From positions 6,386,001 through 6,450,000 of the forward strand of contig NW_027361807.1 of NCBI RefSeq assembly GCF_039654945.1: a DNA stretch of 64,000 nucleotides, read 5' to 3'. Position numbers and translations under genes: made by a program. The DNA comes from Dendrobates tinctorius (taxonomy: Eukaryota). Shown here one piece after another: positions 1-13,210 of this stretch. Within the stretch, counting starts at the first letter, position 1. Every line of letters begins with the position of its first letter. The notes beneath the pieces were generated by a model. It did no database searches and was not told the origin of the DNA. It saw only the letters and a program-made list of their open reading frames with translations.

Positions 1-1057
1 GAGAGGGAAAGAGACTTCTCATCAAACTAGAAGGCTTGAAATGGGTCACTCAGAAATAATCCTCAGCAAGTTCAGATTGGTATTACCCAATTATGAAAAA
101 GCATAAATTGTGACCTGAAGAAGACAGGTATGATGCCTACAGCTGCCCATACCAGACAGTGACTGGCACTGTTTGAGCATCTTTAGTTTTTTCCCCTGCA
201 AGTTATTGGAGGTGCAAGTAACACCAAGAGGCAGAGGGGTAGTAGTCAAATCACTGTTGTGGTGGTATTCAAGGTTATGGATTGTAGACTTGAAATGAGT
301 TAAAAAGGCAGTTGCAGCTCTCTATAACTGTAAGGGATGCATCTTAACTCCTTAAGAGCCATTAATGTGTCTCTTTATAGCACACTCAAATAACAGCTGT
401 GCAGAATATTGTGCAGATGAGAGTCAGATGTCCACCTGTTAGAGGAAGCCGGACATTCAGGAGGGAAAAAATAAGCAGTCAATTACTAATTTATGTTCTG
501 AGCCACCAGATACACATCACTTCAATAGCTTGTGATGGTGTGATATGCTATATGGATATCATTTTGTGTATACTGCTATTTCACTGATTTGCATAGTGTT
601 AACCTTGATGCCTTGTATGTCTGCAGCCTGACTTTTATCTATGACTCTTGATGACCCCCTGTAGTGTCATAATCCCCCAGGCACCTTTTGTCAAGTCTGG
701 GAGGCCTGAATACCGCCCCCAGCCTGTTTGACTCCCCCTGGACATAATGAGTGGGCTGGGGAGGACAGGGGCTGGGCAAGTCAGTTGCTGTGTGCAGAGC
801 ATGGTGTGAAGACAGGACTTCAGAGAGAAAGAAGAATATATGGAACATGTTATCCACTATCAGCTGGATTTTGGACTCATCTCCCTGGACATGTTATACT
901 GTTACTGAACTGCATTCAGATTCTGGACCATCTATCCTTTGTGGGGTGGACTGAATATGGACCTTTTTGTATTTTTGCCTGAATAAAGGTCTTGAAATTG
1001 TTCACTCTTCGCTTGCTCTGTTGATTGTGTGATACCAGAGAAGGACCCCGTGACAAC

Positions 1058-1075
1058 TGGTGGCAGCGGTGGGAT
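1058..1075 (+). promoter_or_regulatory. Primer binding site complementary to the tRNA-Leu 3' end
   Basis: TGGTGGCAGCGGTGGGAT lies 2 nt after the 5' LTR and is the reverse complement of ATCCCACCGCTGCCACCA, the 3' end of vertebrate tRNA-Leu(AAG/TAG). Confidence 0.85.
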
Positions 1076-1092
1076 CAACAGAGCGCAACCCA

Positions 1093-2660
1093 ATGGAGAA
1101 CCACCCACAGAGTGAGTACAGAAATTGGACTGTATGCAGTTTACAGGAGAGAGCCAGAGACCTGGGCCTGAACTTCCAGGGACTGACTAAAGAGGCCTTA
1201 ATTGACCTACTGGTGGGTGCTAGTCAGACCACCTACTCCCATATGTCTGAAGGACGAGCACTGGAGACAGGGATCCCCACCCCCAAAAGCCAGTGGGTAT
1301 TGTGGTACGAAGAAGAGATGGCGGTTCTGGGCCCCGGAGTCTCTCAGGAGTATAAGGAAGAAGCTGTCCGCCGAGCACAGCGGAGACAAGAAGCAATGGA
1401 GCTTGAAAGAGGGAGTAATGCAATGTGGAGTGTAACCCCAACAATCCGGGAGCCTGTACGGATCACCCGGACAGAGTTTAAGCCATTTCATGAGGCTTCC
1501 GGAGATGTGGAGGGGTTCTTCAAGGACTTTGAGCAGTAGTGTGCTGTGATGGAGGTGCCCCACTCTAGCTGGATGTGTTTGTTAGTGGGGCTCCTGAACG
1601 GAAGCATGGCGGAGGCTTACCGAACCATTGACGCACAGCGTAATCGGGATTATAACATTGTAAAGCAGACTATCCTGGGTTACCATGCTATTACCCCAGA
1701 CTCATATAGGGCCAAGTTCCGAGACCTCCCATGCACCATGGGGGGATCGTTTAGGATGTATGCACATAAGATGTCCGAGGCATGTCAAAGATGGCTGGAA
1801 GCAGAAAACGCCTTTACTGTGGAAGATGTTATACAGACGTTCCTTATAGAACAATTTCTTGCCAAGTGCCCCGCGGAGGTACGGGAATGGGTCCGGGAGC
1901 GCACGCCGTGTACCGTGGATAAAGCTGCAGTCCTGGCCGATGAAGCCCTTACTATCCGACCGCATTGGGGAGGCTTCTGGACAATGAACCACGGCCTGCT
2001 CCCACGCCCCGTCCCCCTCAGATTATATCTGCCCTTCCACCTAGTCGCAAGCCGCTGACTATCACGCCTCACAATCCTGGGCCCCAACAGTTCCGACCAC
2101 GACCTGGGGGTATCACAGAGAGGAGATGTTATGTGTGTGGGCAACCTGGACATTTGCAGTTTGGATGTCCCTCAAGGATTCAGGGGAAGCCCCACGCAGC
2201 CCCACCTCGTCCAGTGCATCTGGTGCACTCCATCCTGCCTGAGGAAGAGCTACCAACAGCCCCACCAGAGTGGACCACCGACCACGGCACCATAGATACT
2301 CCTCCTGGAGTGTACGGACTTCGGCCTCTGTCCTTTGGCTACCCAGAGCAACGGCAACGCCACCTGCAGGATGTCTTAATTGATGGATACAAAGTGTCAG
2401 GATTCAGAGACACGGGGGCATTTCTGACTATCCCTGACACCCGTGTGGTTCGACCAGAGGCAATTCACCAGGGTGCAGGAATTCCCATTGTCTTGGCGGG
2501 GGGTGTCCGCAAATATATACAGTGAGCTTTGGTGCGTTTGGATTATGGTTTTGGAGAAAAACTGTGCTGGATTGGAGTTATGGGAGGACTTCCTGCAGAT
2601 ATCCTCCTTGGGAACGACATTGGGGAGTTACAGTGTCATTTTGTGGGAGCAGTCACCCGA
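1093..2660 (+). pseudogene. Disrupted Gag-protease (SAP/HeH-like N-terminus, SCAN-like capsid C-terminal domain, CCHC zinc knuckle, aspartic protease)
   Basis: YRNWTVCSLQERARDLGLNFQGLTKEALIDLL; EQFLAKCPAEVREWVRERTPCTVDKAAVLADE; CYVCGQPGHLQFGC; FRDTGAFLT...ILLGND. Stops at 1537 and 2523, frameshift near 1965-1980. Confidence 0.85.
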
Positions 2661-4661
2661 CTACAGGCCCTTCAAGCACCACAACATCCGGACCCCACTG
2701 AGGAGCAATCTGTTTGGCCAGAAGGTCCGTGAGCCTCTCACTCTTCTGAAAGAACAATTGGAGGGAGATATCGCAGACATTGGAATGCCCATCATTCTCT
2801 ACGTTCTAGAGTTCAGAGATAGTTCTAGAGTTCAGAGATCGTCTCGCCCAGCTAGTGGCTAATAATCAACAGCAAATGGCCCAGTCCAGTCAAGAAACCT
2901 GGTATGACCGTAACGCCAGGACCCGGGAATTTATGGAAGGACATCAAGTGCTTATAATTATTGCAACCCCTGCCACTGTACAAGGAACTATAAACGATTG
3001 AGCAATGTGGACTATAGTGAGCAGGCCAGAGGTCTGTGTAGACCTCATAGCGTGCTCACTTATTATGAGGGGAGAGAGGTTGTGATGGTGTGATATGCTA
3101 TATGGATATCATTTTGTGTATATTGCTATTTCACTGATTTGCATAGTGTTAATCATGATGCCTTGTATGTCTGCAGCCTGACAATCTATGACTCTTGATG
3201 ACCCCCTGTAGTGTCATAATCCCCCAGGCACCTTTTGTCAAGTCAGGGAGGTCTGAAAACCGCCCCCAGCCTGTTTGACTCTCCCTGGACATAATGAGTG
3301 GGCTGGGGAGGACAGGGGCTGGGCAAGTCAGTTGCTGTGTGCAGAGCATGGTGTGAAGACAGGACTTCGGAGAGAAAGAAGAATATATGGAACATGTTAT
3401 CCACTATCAGCTGGATTTTGGTCTAATCTCCATGGACATGTTATACTGTTACTGAACTGCATTCAGATTCTGGACCATCTATCCTTTGTGGGGTGGACTG
3501 AATATGGACCTTTTCGTATTTTTGCCTGAATAAAGGTCTTGGAATTGTTCACTCTTCGCTTGCTCTGTTGATTGTGTGATACCAGAGAAGGACCCCGTGA
3601 CAAGCACTATGCACTGTACATAACAAGGGAAGTGAGAATTTAATTTAAAATGAGGACACATATAACGGAAAATTCTATCCTTTTTTTCCTTTTGATCCCT
3701 TTTTGAGCCACTATGTGGCAAACTTGAATCCCACATGTAAAGCATGTTTTGGAGTGTGGGAACAAATTGAATGATTTTTTAATGAAAGAAGTTGTCCACT
3801 TCTTGGACAGCCCCTTCTTAAATGCTGTAGTCTGCCATGTAAATTGAAATCTTTATACTCATCTGTTCTAACAATGTCGGTTGTGAGCACTGTGTTAGCA
3901 GAGCCGGCTCCCCTGCATGAGTATCCTTCCTCCTCAGAGCAGGGACACCGGCGTATTTACTTACTCACCCATGCTATTGCAATGTGTTTTCTACCAGGAC
4001 CTACGCACTGCATGCAGGTCTCCTGGTCTCTTAAAGTGACAGCATGTGCACTTCAGAAAACATCCCCAGCCAATAGCTGGGAGACATCTGATATTTAAGG
4101 AAACCTTCCCTATTGGGAGGTGCCTTAGCAACTTCAGTTATCAGTGTGTTTCATGCTACCTAGATTTAAGGTCACTTTACCTGTGATGCCTGAAGCTGAT
4201 CCTGTCCATTCCATCTGCATCTGATCCTCTCTGAACTTGATCCTGCCTTCCTGCTGTAACCTGTTCCTGAGTCCATCCTGCCAGTACCCAGTCCTGAGCC
4301 TGATCCGACTTGTCTGCACCTATACCGATATCCTCATCTGTCCAGGCTGAACCTACTTCTTTGACCCTGCACCCGAGTCCTCCCTGTATTCCTGAACCTA
4401 TCCTGCCCGTTCCAGATCCACAACCTGTTCTGTCTACCAGCTGTAAAGTCCTGATATTGAACTTGATTGATTTAACCAGGCGAACGTTCTCCTTTTAACA
4501 ATATACTGGCTGATCCTGCCTCCCTGCCCTTTGGGGGTGAGCTGCTGCAGATCCGGAGTTTGTCCTGGAGTAGCACCTGGCGTCTCTGTGGCCACCTTTG
4601 GAAACTGTACATATTCCCTGGATCAAACACCCTTTGACTGGTTAAAATTTTTTTGGACATA

Positions 4662-5463
4662 CTGTGTATACTCAAGTATAAGCCAACCAGAGTATAAGTC
4701 GAGGCACCTAATTTGGCCACGAAAAACTGGGAAAACTTATTGACTTGAGTATAAGCTGGGTATGCATAGTCCCCTCATCCCTATCCTTGTATGCATGGCT
4801 CCTCATCCTATCCTTGTATGCATGGCTCCTCATCCCTGACCTGGTATGCATGGCTCCTTATCCCCATCCTTGTATGCATGGATCCTCATTCCTGTATTGG
4901 TATGCATGGCTCCTCATCCTTATCTTTGTATGCATGGCTCCTTATTACCATCCTTGTTTGCATGGCTCCTCATCAATGTCCTGGTATGCATGGCCTCTTA
5001 TCCCTATCCTTTTATGCATGGTTCCTCATCCCTATACTTGAATGCATGGCCCCCTATGAGAAAAACATAAAAAACCTCCTACTTACCTTCTTATCGTTCT
5101 GGCTTCCAGCAGCTCCTGCGGCAGAATGATCACGTGACCCCGCTCATTGAGATAATGAATATTCACCTCTCTCCACTTGCTCAGCTGCAGGAGCTGCAGG
5201 AGCTGCTGGAAGCCGGAACAACAAGATGTTGCGAGGCAGCTCCGGCTGTAACTGCGCATGCGCTATGAGAGGAATGAATATTCATTGCCAGTGCAGTGAC
5301 TACTCATTTCTCTTTAGCAGCGGGCACAGTTACAGCCGCTGCTTCCTGACTCCTGTGACCCACTGCTCCGCCGCTCCCCCTCCCCCCACTGGCTTCTGGG
5401 ACAATGACTCGTGTATGAGAACAAACGTGCTGAAAAACTCAGTTTATACATGAGCATATACAG
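4662..5463. mobile_element. Non-autonomous TA-flanked DNA element (Tc1/mariner/pogo-type MITE) with an internal minisatellite
   Basis: TA|CTGTGTATACTCAAGTATAAGC ... GTTTATACATGAGCATATACAG|TA. Tandem ~29-bp unit (CATCCCTATCCTTGTATGCATGGCTCCT) at ~4760-5055. Confidence 0.75.
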
Positions 5464-5889
5464 TACTTTAATTTTTTTATGGTTAGTATTACTCGTATAA
5501 TCACCTAATTCACAGTATTTAAAATCAATCACTGGGGATATTTCCATGTGAAAGAATGCAACTATTAAGATTTGCCATATGATAATCAATCACTTACTGG
5601 AAAATATATGTACCTTGTTTCCAGACAAAAATCCAAATAATGAAAGAAATACATATCATCCTACTGCTGGGATTTCCACCGATACCAAGAATAGGGATTT
5701 GAGCGCCCCATTTGAATGGAGAATTGGTTTTGCATGAGCACGATCACTCCATTCAGGTTCTTTGGGACAGACGCAGATAGCTGGGTATGGTGCTCAGATA
5801 GCTATCTCTGTCAGCCACATAAGCAATGGGACAAGTGGTTTTACACATGCTCGATCACCGCTGTTTTTTATTAAGGTTATTATTTGTTA

Positions 5890-6344
5890 CTAGAGGTGGG
5901 CCCGATGCTATCGCATCGGGAGGGCAGTGTGTTTGCACCCCATCTCCAGCACAGCCCGCAAACCGTCTTTCCTGCTGGCTGTGACTGCATGGAGGTGGGT
6001 GGGCAGGCAGCGGCGGGATACGGCGCATGTAGTCAGGTGGCGGCGGGTCCTAGCGGGGGTCCGGCGGAGGGTCCTGGTGGCGGCTTTGGTGGTGAGTCCT
6101 GGCGGGGGTCCGGTGGCGGGTCCAGCGGCGACGGTGGGGGGATCTGGCATGGGTGTCCCAGCGGTGTCCCGCTGTTGGTACTGTGGAAGGGCCTGGTACC
6201 ACCAGCAGGTGCCATATTGGAATACCCATCACTTGGGTATTCCAATATGGTGGTCGGCTTACTTCCAGTGCGGCGCGGTGGATTGTGGGATTCGAGGACG
6301 TCCGGACGGAAGTGAATGACGGAACATTTTAGGTAAGTATATAA
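5890..6344 (-). mobile_element. Non-autonomous Helitron
   Basis: On the minus strand it ends in a perfect hairpin CCCGATGC-GATA-GCATCGGG (5901-5920) followed by CCCACCTCTAG|T. The 5' end TTATATACTTACC is preceded by A, giving the A|T target. GC/CpG-rich body and no TSD. Confidence 0.75.
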
Positions 6345-6505
6345 TAATTTTTATGAACCCGACTGTAGGAATTTCTGGCTGAAGCATGATGGGCACATTT
6401 AGGTGATCAGTTGACCTTTTAAGAACATAGTGAATAGGACTTCACTGATCTACAAATATTTGTCAATAGACAAATACAGAGATACAACAGCAGTGAGAAC
6501 AGTAA

Positions 6506-6851
6506 GGGTATGTGCACACGCTGCGGTTTTGCTGCGGGTTTGGCCCTGCAGAACTGCAGCAGTTCCGCAGACATGGTACTTTACCATGTTAGCCTATGGG
6601 TTTTCAAAACCGCAGTGCTTACGCTGCGTTTTTTTACCTGCGGAAAAGCTGCGGTTTTTTTTCCGCAGCATGTCAATTGTTTCTGCGGATTCTGCTGCGG
6701 TTTGCCACCTATTCCATTGTCCAGGTGTCAAACTGCAGGGCAAAACCGCAGGCCAAACCGCAGCAAAACCGCAGGTCACTTTACCTGCGGTTTTACCTGC
6801 GGTTCCGCAGGAAAAAACCCGCAGGTGAATCTGCAGTGTGTGCGCATACCC
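6506..6851. mobile_element. PIF/Harbinger MITE
   Basis: TAA|GGGTATGTGCACAC ... GTGTGCGCATACCC|TAA, with many internal CTGCGG/CCGCAG motifs. Confidence 0.9.
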
Positions 6852-7980
6852 TAAGAAGGAAATTGCTGATAGAAACAATCCTATACAAAGCTTCAGAATA
6901 AATGTACAGTAGTTATTCACATGGACATTTTGCCTCTACCAGTGTTAATTTAAGTAGGAATTTTATCATTATTGATTGATATTAGGAATGGATTAATGAG
7001 GCTTCAATGTCAAATAAAACTAGATAAATTGTATAACAGTTATAACAAGCATTTTTTACTCCCGTTCAGTGCATTCTGTGATTGGCTTTGTCACTTTGTA
7101 TTTGACCCAGCTTGTTAGCTACGCTGATGCCAACTTGCTCCACTAGCCAGCAGTGGATGGAATCCAAAATTCCTGTCAGCAAAGGCTAGTTCCTTGTGAA
7201 ACGTGAATTCCCTGGACCTGCAAAGTTGAGTGACTAGTGCAAAGACTTTCAGAAGTCCTATTACAAATTGGCAGTTTCCACATACAATACAATAATGATA
7301 AAATTGTAGCTCATGTACTCTAATGAAGCAAGGTTTAAAGAAATACACCCATTGGTTATGAGTTTTTGATCACCTCAAGGTGTCTCACTGGTCCAAAAAC
7401 AGGGCTCTGAAGTTTGTGTGGAGCAGTGTGCAGAATTACTTGCTTTATTGCTTATGAGGCAGACAGAGATAGCTATCTGAGCACTGTACCCAGCCATTTG
7501 CATCAGTCAGAAAGACCAGTAATGGAGTGATGGTGGACATTCAGGACCATTGCGCCATTCAAATGGAGCACTCAAATTCTGTTGCAATATGTTTGGTGCA
7601 ACAACTCCATTTGTGTCTATGAGTGTTTAGTTGCTAAATTTGTATGATGTTCATAAAGTTAGAACAAAAAAAAACTCCCAGAGGCTCACACAGGGAGAGC
7701 ATGTGACTGTATTTCCTGTTTTCCTGTGTCTGTGTATGAGAGAAGCAGCCTGCTGCAGATGCAGCACAGATAGAGACACACACATGATTTATTCCTGATC
7801 TATTAATCTTATCATATATTGTTCCTGATTGTTCCTGAATAAAGAAGCTCTGTTGTCACATGCTTGGAGAGTATCCTGAATAATCTCCTGCCAACAAATT
7901 CTTATTACCAGTATCGGTAGAGATCCCAGTAAATGATGACACAAAGAACAATAGGATGCACAAAGACCTTTCAGAAAAGA

Positions 7981-9382
7981 CATAGAATCACAGAATCATA
8001 GAATCGTAGAGTTGGAAGGGACCTCCTGGGCCATCGGGTCCAACCCCCTGCGCAAAGCAGGATTCGCTATATCATCCCAGACAGATGTCTGTCCAGCCTC
8101 TGTTTGAAGACTTCCATTGAAGGAGAACTCACCACTTCTCGTGGCAGCCTGTTCCACTCATTGATCACTCTAACTGTCAAAAAGTTTTTTCTAATATCTA
8201 ATCTGTGTCTCCTCCCATTCAGTTTCATCCCATTGCTTCTAGTCTTTCCTTGTGCAAATGAGAATAAAGATGATCCTTCTACAATGTGAGAGCCCTTGAG
8301 ATATTTGTAGACAGCTTTTAAGTCTCCTCTCAGTTTTCTCTTTTGCAAGCTAAACATTCCCAAATCATGCAACCTTTCCTCATAAGACAGGGTTTGCAGA
8401 CCGGTCACCATTCTGATCGCTCTTTTCTGAACTTGCTCCAGTTTGTTGATGTCTTTTTTAAAATGTGGCTCCCAAAACTGGACACAGTATTCCAGATGAG
8501 GTCTGACCAAAGAGGAGTAGAGGGCAATAATGAATTCACGTGATCTAGACTGTATGCTTCTGTTAATACATCCTAGAATTGCATTTGCCTTTTTTGCTTC
8601 TGCATCACACTTTTGACTCATATTCAGTTTGTGATCTATTAGTATACCCAAGTCTTTTTCACATGTGCTGTTGCTTAGCCCTATTCCTCCCATTCTGTAT
8701 ATGCTTTTTTATTTTTATTGCCCAGATGTAGTACTTTGCATTTTTCCCTGTTAAATACCATTCTGTTAGTTGCTGCCCACTGCTCTAGTTTATATATTTT
8801 TGAATCCTCTCTCTTCTCTAGTATTAGCTATCCCTCCTAGCTTTGTGTCATCAGCAAATTTAATCAGTTTACCCGCAATTCCTTCATCTAAATCATTGAT
8901 AAAGATGTTGAACAATACAGGGCCCAGGACAGAGCCCTGTGGTACCCCACTCGAGACATTCTTCCAACTGGATGTGCAGCCATTTACGACCACTCTTTGG
9001 GTCCGATCACTAAGCCAGTTATGAATCCACCTAATATTTGCCTTGTCCATTCCATACCTAGTCATTTTTTCAATAAGGATTGTATGAGATACTTTGTCAA
9101 ATGCTTTGCTGAAGTCAAGATATACTATATCTACATCATTTCCCTGATCCACCCAATCAGTGATTCCGTCATAGAAGGAAATTAAGTTAGTCTGACATGA
9201 CTTATTAGTTACAAACCCATGCTGACTCTGTTTAATCACTTCATTCTTATCCAGGTACTGACATACATGTTGTTTAATAATTTGTTCAAAAGATCTTTCC
9301 TGGTATAGAAGTCAGTCTCACGGGCCTATAGTTGCCTGGGTCCACCTTCTTCCCCTTTTTGAAGATAGGAACAACATTTGCT
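7981..9382 (-). mobile_element. 5'-truncated CR1 LINE (RT C-terminal half plus 3' tail), frameshifted
   Basis: ORFs 8790-9239 ([29 protein letters not shown]) and 8067-8693 (RPHLEYCVQFW, WNRLP). (ATTCTRTG)n-type tail at ~7981-8010. Confidence 0.95.
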
Positions 9383-9384
9383 CA

Positions 9385-10405
9385 AAAAGCAGGACGCTTA
9401 TATTCATATCAAGCAGACAGCAACACCAAAGAAGTTTCACTACTTTTACACTTAGGCCTTTAGATCATTACCAGAAAATGCTGTCAATGCCAAAGACAAA
9501 GAGTATCAGTAAGAATCAAATATTGGGATGAAGGCCTAACTCACTGTTGGCTTTAAGTCTTTAAGACAAATTTTCAAAGGTTTTGTGGACTGATGAGTGA
9601 TTCTTGACAGACCAGATAGATGGGCTCGTGACTGAATCAGTAATGGGTACAGACCTCCACTTTGACTCAGGTGCAAGCAAGGTGGAGGAGGGGTAATGAT
9701 ATGGACTGGTATTATTAAAGATTATCTGTTTGGACCTTTTTAAATTGAAGATGAAGTCAAAATCCAATCCCAAACCTATTCCCAGTTTTAGGAGGGAATT
9801 TCTTCAAGTAAAATGTCTGTATCTTTCTTGTTGTATCAAGGTCTGTGTGTCTTGTTTAGTGGTTGCTGGTTTTCACCCTTCCTCACTTTTGGCAATTTTT
9901 CGGAGCACAGAACACCTTGTACTTCTGGGCACTCCAGGGAGGTTGAAGTTCTGGAATATGCCAGCATTGGAGGATATTGGACTCCTGGTCGCTTTAAGTT
10001 TGATTTTTCTCAAATTTTTGGGTGATAATGTGTCTTTTTTTCTCAACATATTTTTGCGACCCTGTTGACTAGTTACAACAAAACATTTGATCGTTTTGTG
10101 ATCATGCCTCAATATCTTAACAATTTCAGAAGTGCTGCTTACCTCTGGAAGACTTTAAGCAATTTTTGACTTTTCCCTTTTTTGACTAGTTTTGCTGGAG
10201 AAAAACAGACTGCCTAATGTTTCTGTAAACCTTAATAAAGGTTGATGATATCCTTTGGCCACATTGTCTCACATTACACAAATACACATTACCTGATATG
10301 CTTCATCTAGTAAGCATTTCAAGCTTATTAACCTTAGAGTTGGAAAATCTGCATAAAATTTAGATGGATGAAATACTCACTTGCCTAATAATACTGCACA
10401 CAGTG
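9385..10405. pseudogene. Decayed, internally rearranged Tc1-like transposon
   Basis: Plus-strand FSKVLWTDE remnant at ~9570-9600. Minus-strand N-terminal HTH remnant (HDHKTIKCFV...PGVPRSTRCSVL) at 9873-10112. Terminal-like sequence at ~10370-10405. Confidence 0.5.
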
Positions 10406-10499
10406 TGTGTGTGATATACAGTATATATATATATACACACAGTATATATGTATATATACTCTATATACAGTGTATATATAGTGTGTGTATATATATATG

Positions 10500-10836
10500 A
10501 GGTTCTTTATTTTATCAGATGGTAAAGCTGCCCACTCTTCTTGACAAAAAGCCTCCAGTTCTTGTAAATTCCTGGGCTGTCTAGCATGAACTGCGCGTTT
10601 GAGATCTCCCCAGAGTGGCTCAATGATATTGAGGTCAGGAGACTGAGATGGCCACTCCTGAACCTTCACTTTGTTCTGCTGTAGACAAGGACAGGTCAAC
10701 TTGGCCTTGTGTTTTGGGTCGTTGTCATGTTGGAATGTCCAAATTCGTACCATATGCAACTTCCAGGCTGAAGATTGCAAATTTGCCTCCAGTATTTGCT
10801 GATAATGTGCTGCATTCATCTTCCCTTCAACTTTGG
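10500..10836 (-). pseudogene. Tc1 DD34E transposase fragment embedded in a (TA)n microsatellite
   Basis: FQHDNDPKH...WPSQSPDLNIIE with 34 residues between D and E. (TA)n/(TATG) runs on both sides. Confidence 0.85.
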
Positions 10837-10870
<34 letters not shown>

Positions 10871-11999
10871 TAAGTTTCTACAGGCGTTCCACAATCACAC
10901 TTGCAAATGTACAATTAATAGACTATTCACAGTTCAGCAGCACTTTTCATATGGACATGGTAATTATTTTATTTGCTAGGCTGATATAGAATACTAATTA
11001 GCAATCAACAGATAGGATTTTCAAAAAGGGGGGGATTTCCCTAAGTGATACTATCCAAATTCCCACAACACTCACTAAATCAAATGGTTAGCAGCATGAT
11101 GAGTTTCAATATTAAAACATAACTTTAATTATTTTTTTCTAAAAAAAAAAAAAAACATCCTTATGCACAGTTTTTGTTTTGTCTACATCACACTGTTTGC
11201 TAAAGAAAGAAATAAGAATTGTACGCATGCACCTAGCTAGGGTATTAGGACAGTGGTCAATGACTTATGGGCACATTTATAACTCTGTAGTCAAAAGCTA
11301 CTATTATCCCTCAATGTATGGTTGCCAGATGTGAACAAATAGAATTGGAAAGATTTCACCAAATCTTTTTGAAGTAGTCTCCTACCGTCAGATATTCCAT
11401 CGGCAACCTGCCTGGATATACAGGAAAAGGGAGGAGGTCTGGGTCTGGCTCTGTTATGCCCTATTCAGTGCTATTTAAACCAAGGGCACCAAGAATCCCA
11501 CCCTTACAAGAGCAGCCCACAGCTAAACCAAGGGCACCAAGACTCCCGCCCTTACAAGCACCTAGACTCCCACCCTTACAAGATCAGCCCACAGCTAACC
11601 CTCATGAGATATTGCCCTATACAGCCCTATGTGCCTCCGATGCATTTCTCGTTCATGAGTCTTCAGGGGAGAACATACAGTATGCACTCTACAAAAAAAA
11701 ACTATATGGGCTTATACCCCCTCTCCATTCATTCCCTGGCTGTGCACCAAATGATATTGGCGATTTTACGTCAATTTCTCACTGTTTTTTAGAATTTGTG
11801 TGTTGGTTATATTGTTTTAATTTAAATTTGCTTAATTAAAAGTTATGTTTTAATATTGATGTGATATAATGTAGATTAGTTCATGTCTTTTTAGCAAGCA
11901 CATACTGCTTTTACTGAATGTTACTCTTTGCCTGGAGACCACATGTCTTGCAACATTTCATCCAGAACAGTTGCGAGACATTCTGTATGGTCTTAGGTG

Positions 12000-13014
12000 T
12001 GTAAGAGGGCGAACTTTGATTTACTGTAGAGCACTAGGACCCTGTGGTGTTTGCCTTCTGCTGCTAAGAGCAGGTGCTGCGAGTGCCCGGGAATCTGTGT
12101 GTGCTGGGGGGTGGGGCCTAGAGTCAGCTGTCTAAAGCTGTAAGGGAAGCTTCTAGAAGAGGAAGAGAGACTGCCCTGAGAGACACTGTGTGTGGAGTAG
12201 CTTGTGAGAAGCAAAGCAACTGAACACTGTAAGAGACTGTGTACTGCAACCCTTCATCTTAGGAGCCTGAGACCTTGCTGTGGAGCAAAGACTGAGCGTT
12301 CCTGAGAGCTGTGTGACTGTGGGGCTCTGTGGAGTCCCTGTTGTGATAAGCTGAGAAGCAATATTGGACAGACATTTTATACAGAAACAGGCGTATTGCT
12401 TCTAGGAGAATTTGTGAGGACTACAGGAGGAGAGACGGCATCTTGAGGCTACAGAACTATAAGTTCCCGGCGTTTGGGCTTGGCATCAGCCGACAAGACG
12501 AGGATCCTTGTATTGCTGCAACTGATTGGCACCGAAGATTTGGGACTGGCTAAAGCCTATGCCATCTATCTGCCTGAGAGAAGACTCACCTTAGGTTAAA
12601 GGTACCATAGTCATAGATACCCGGGTATCACTAGTTGAAGCGCTTAAAGACCTTTGTATTATATTTATATGTATTGTTATTGTAGGTTTGTATAGGTTAT
12701 ACTCTGTGTGCCATTCCAGGGGGTCCCTTGATATCACTACATTCGTTTTACACCTGTTCTTTGAGTACCTGAATTGACCTTTCTGATAGGTAAATTTATT
12801 TCAAATCCCTCTGTAATACACTCTTTAGGGAACCTTGTATTGGCATAGTGATTTCAGCTCCGGCTGAGTGAGTGTACTGGATAAGGGTATTCAATCTGTT
12901 TCGTTCTTATACTAAGTTCTACTTTATCTGCTGTTTGAGTAAAGACTGTTTTGGTATTTCTGCCTGTCTCGGTTTATGACCCACTGAATCTTATTCGGAC
13001 CTCCGGTCATTACA
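12000..13014. mobile_element. Solo LTR (~1015 bp)
   Basis: TGTAA...TTACA termini and a perfect 4-bp TSD GGTG (11996-11999 / 13015-13018). Confidence 0.8.
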
Positions 13015-13210
13015 GGTGTAAGAGCAATATTCAGGTAAAGCTGATAAAAAGGTGATCAAGCTGCTGCCCATTGTTTCGCTGCAATTTAAGGAATACAATA
13101 GTTCAAGATGACGATTTTGCATCCAAATTTCCAAATCCTCAATCTGAAGAAGCATCTTGGATTTCCCAGCTCACAATTTACAGGACTTTAAAGATCTTTT
13201 GCATGTCTTA

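Larger units (their letters stand above)
531..3602 (+). mobile_element. Gypsy/Ty3 (Gmr1-like) LTR retrotransposon, non-autonomous (gag-protease only)
   Basis: Near-identical LTRs 531-1055 and 3081-3602 (TGTGA...TGACA). PBS at 1058-1075, polypurine tract GAGGGGAGAGAGG at 3067-3079. Flanks AGCT/AGCA (4-bp TSD with one mismatch). No RT, RNase H or integrase motifs before the PPT. Confidence 0.92.

Noticed and set aside
4745-5129. Repetitive hydrophobic ORFs (YAWLL/CMAP/MHGS)
   Set aside because: Translation of a ~29-bp minisatellite inside a MITE.
5884-6319. Gly-rich ORFs or a CpG-island promoter (unc5 exon 1)
   Set aside because: Bounded by Helitron termini, and no signal-peptide exon is recognisable.
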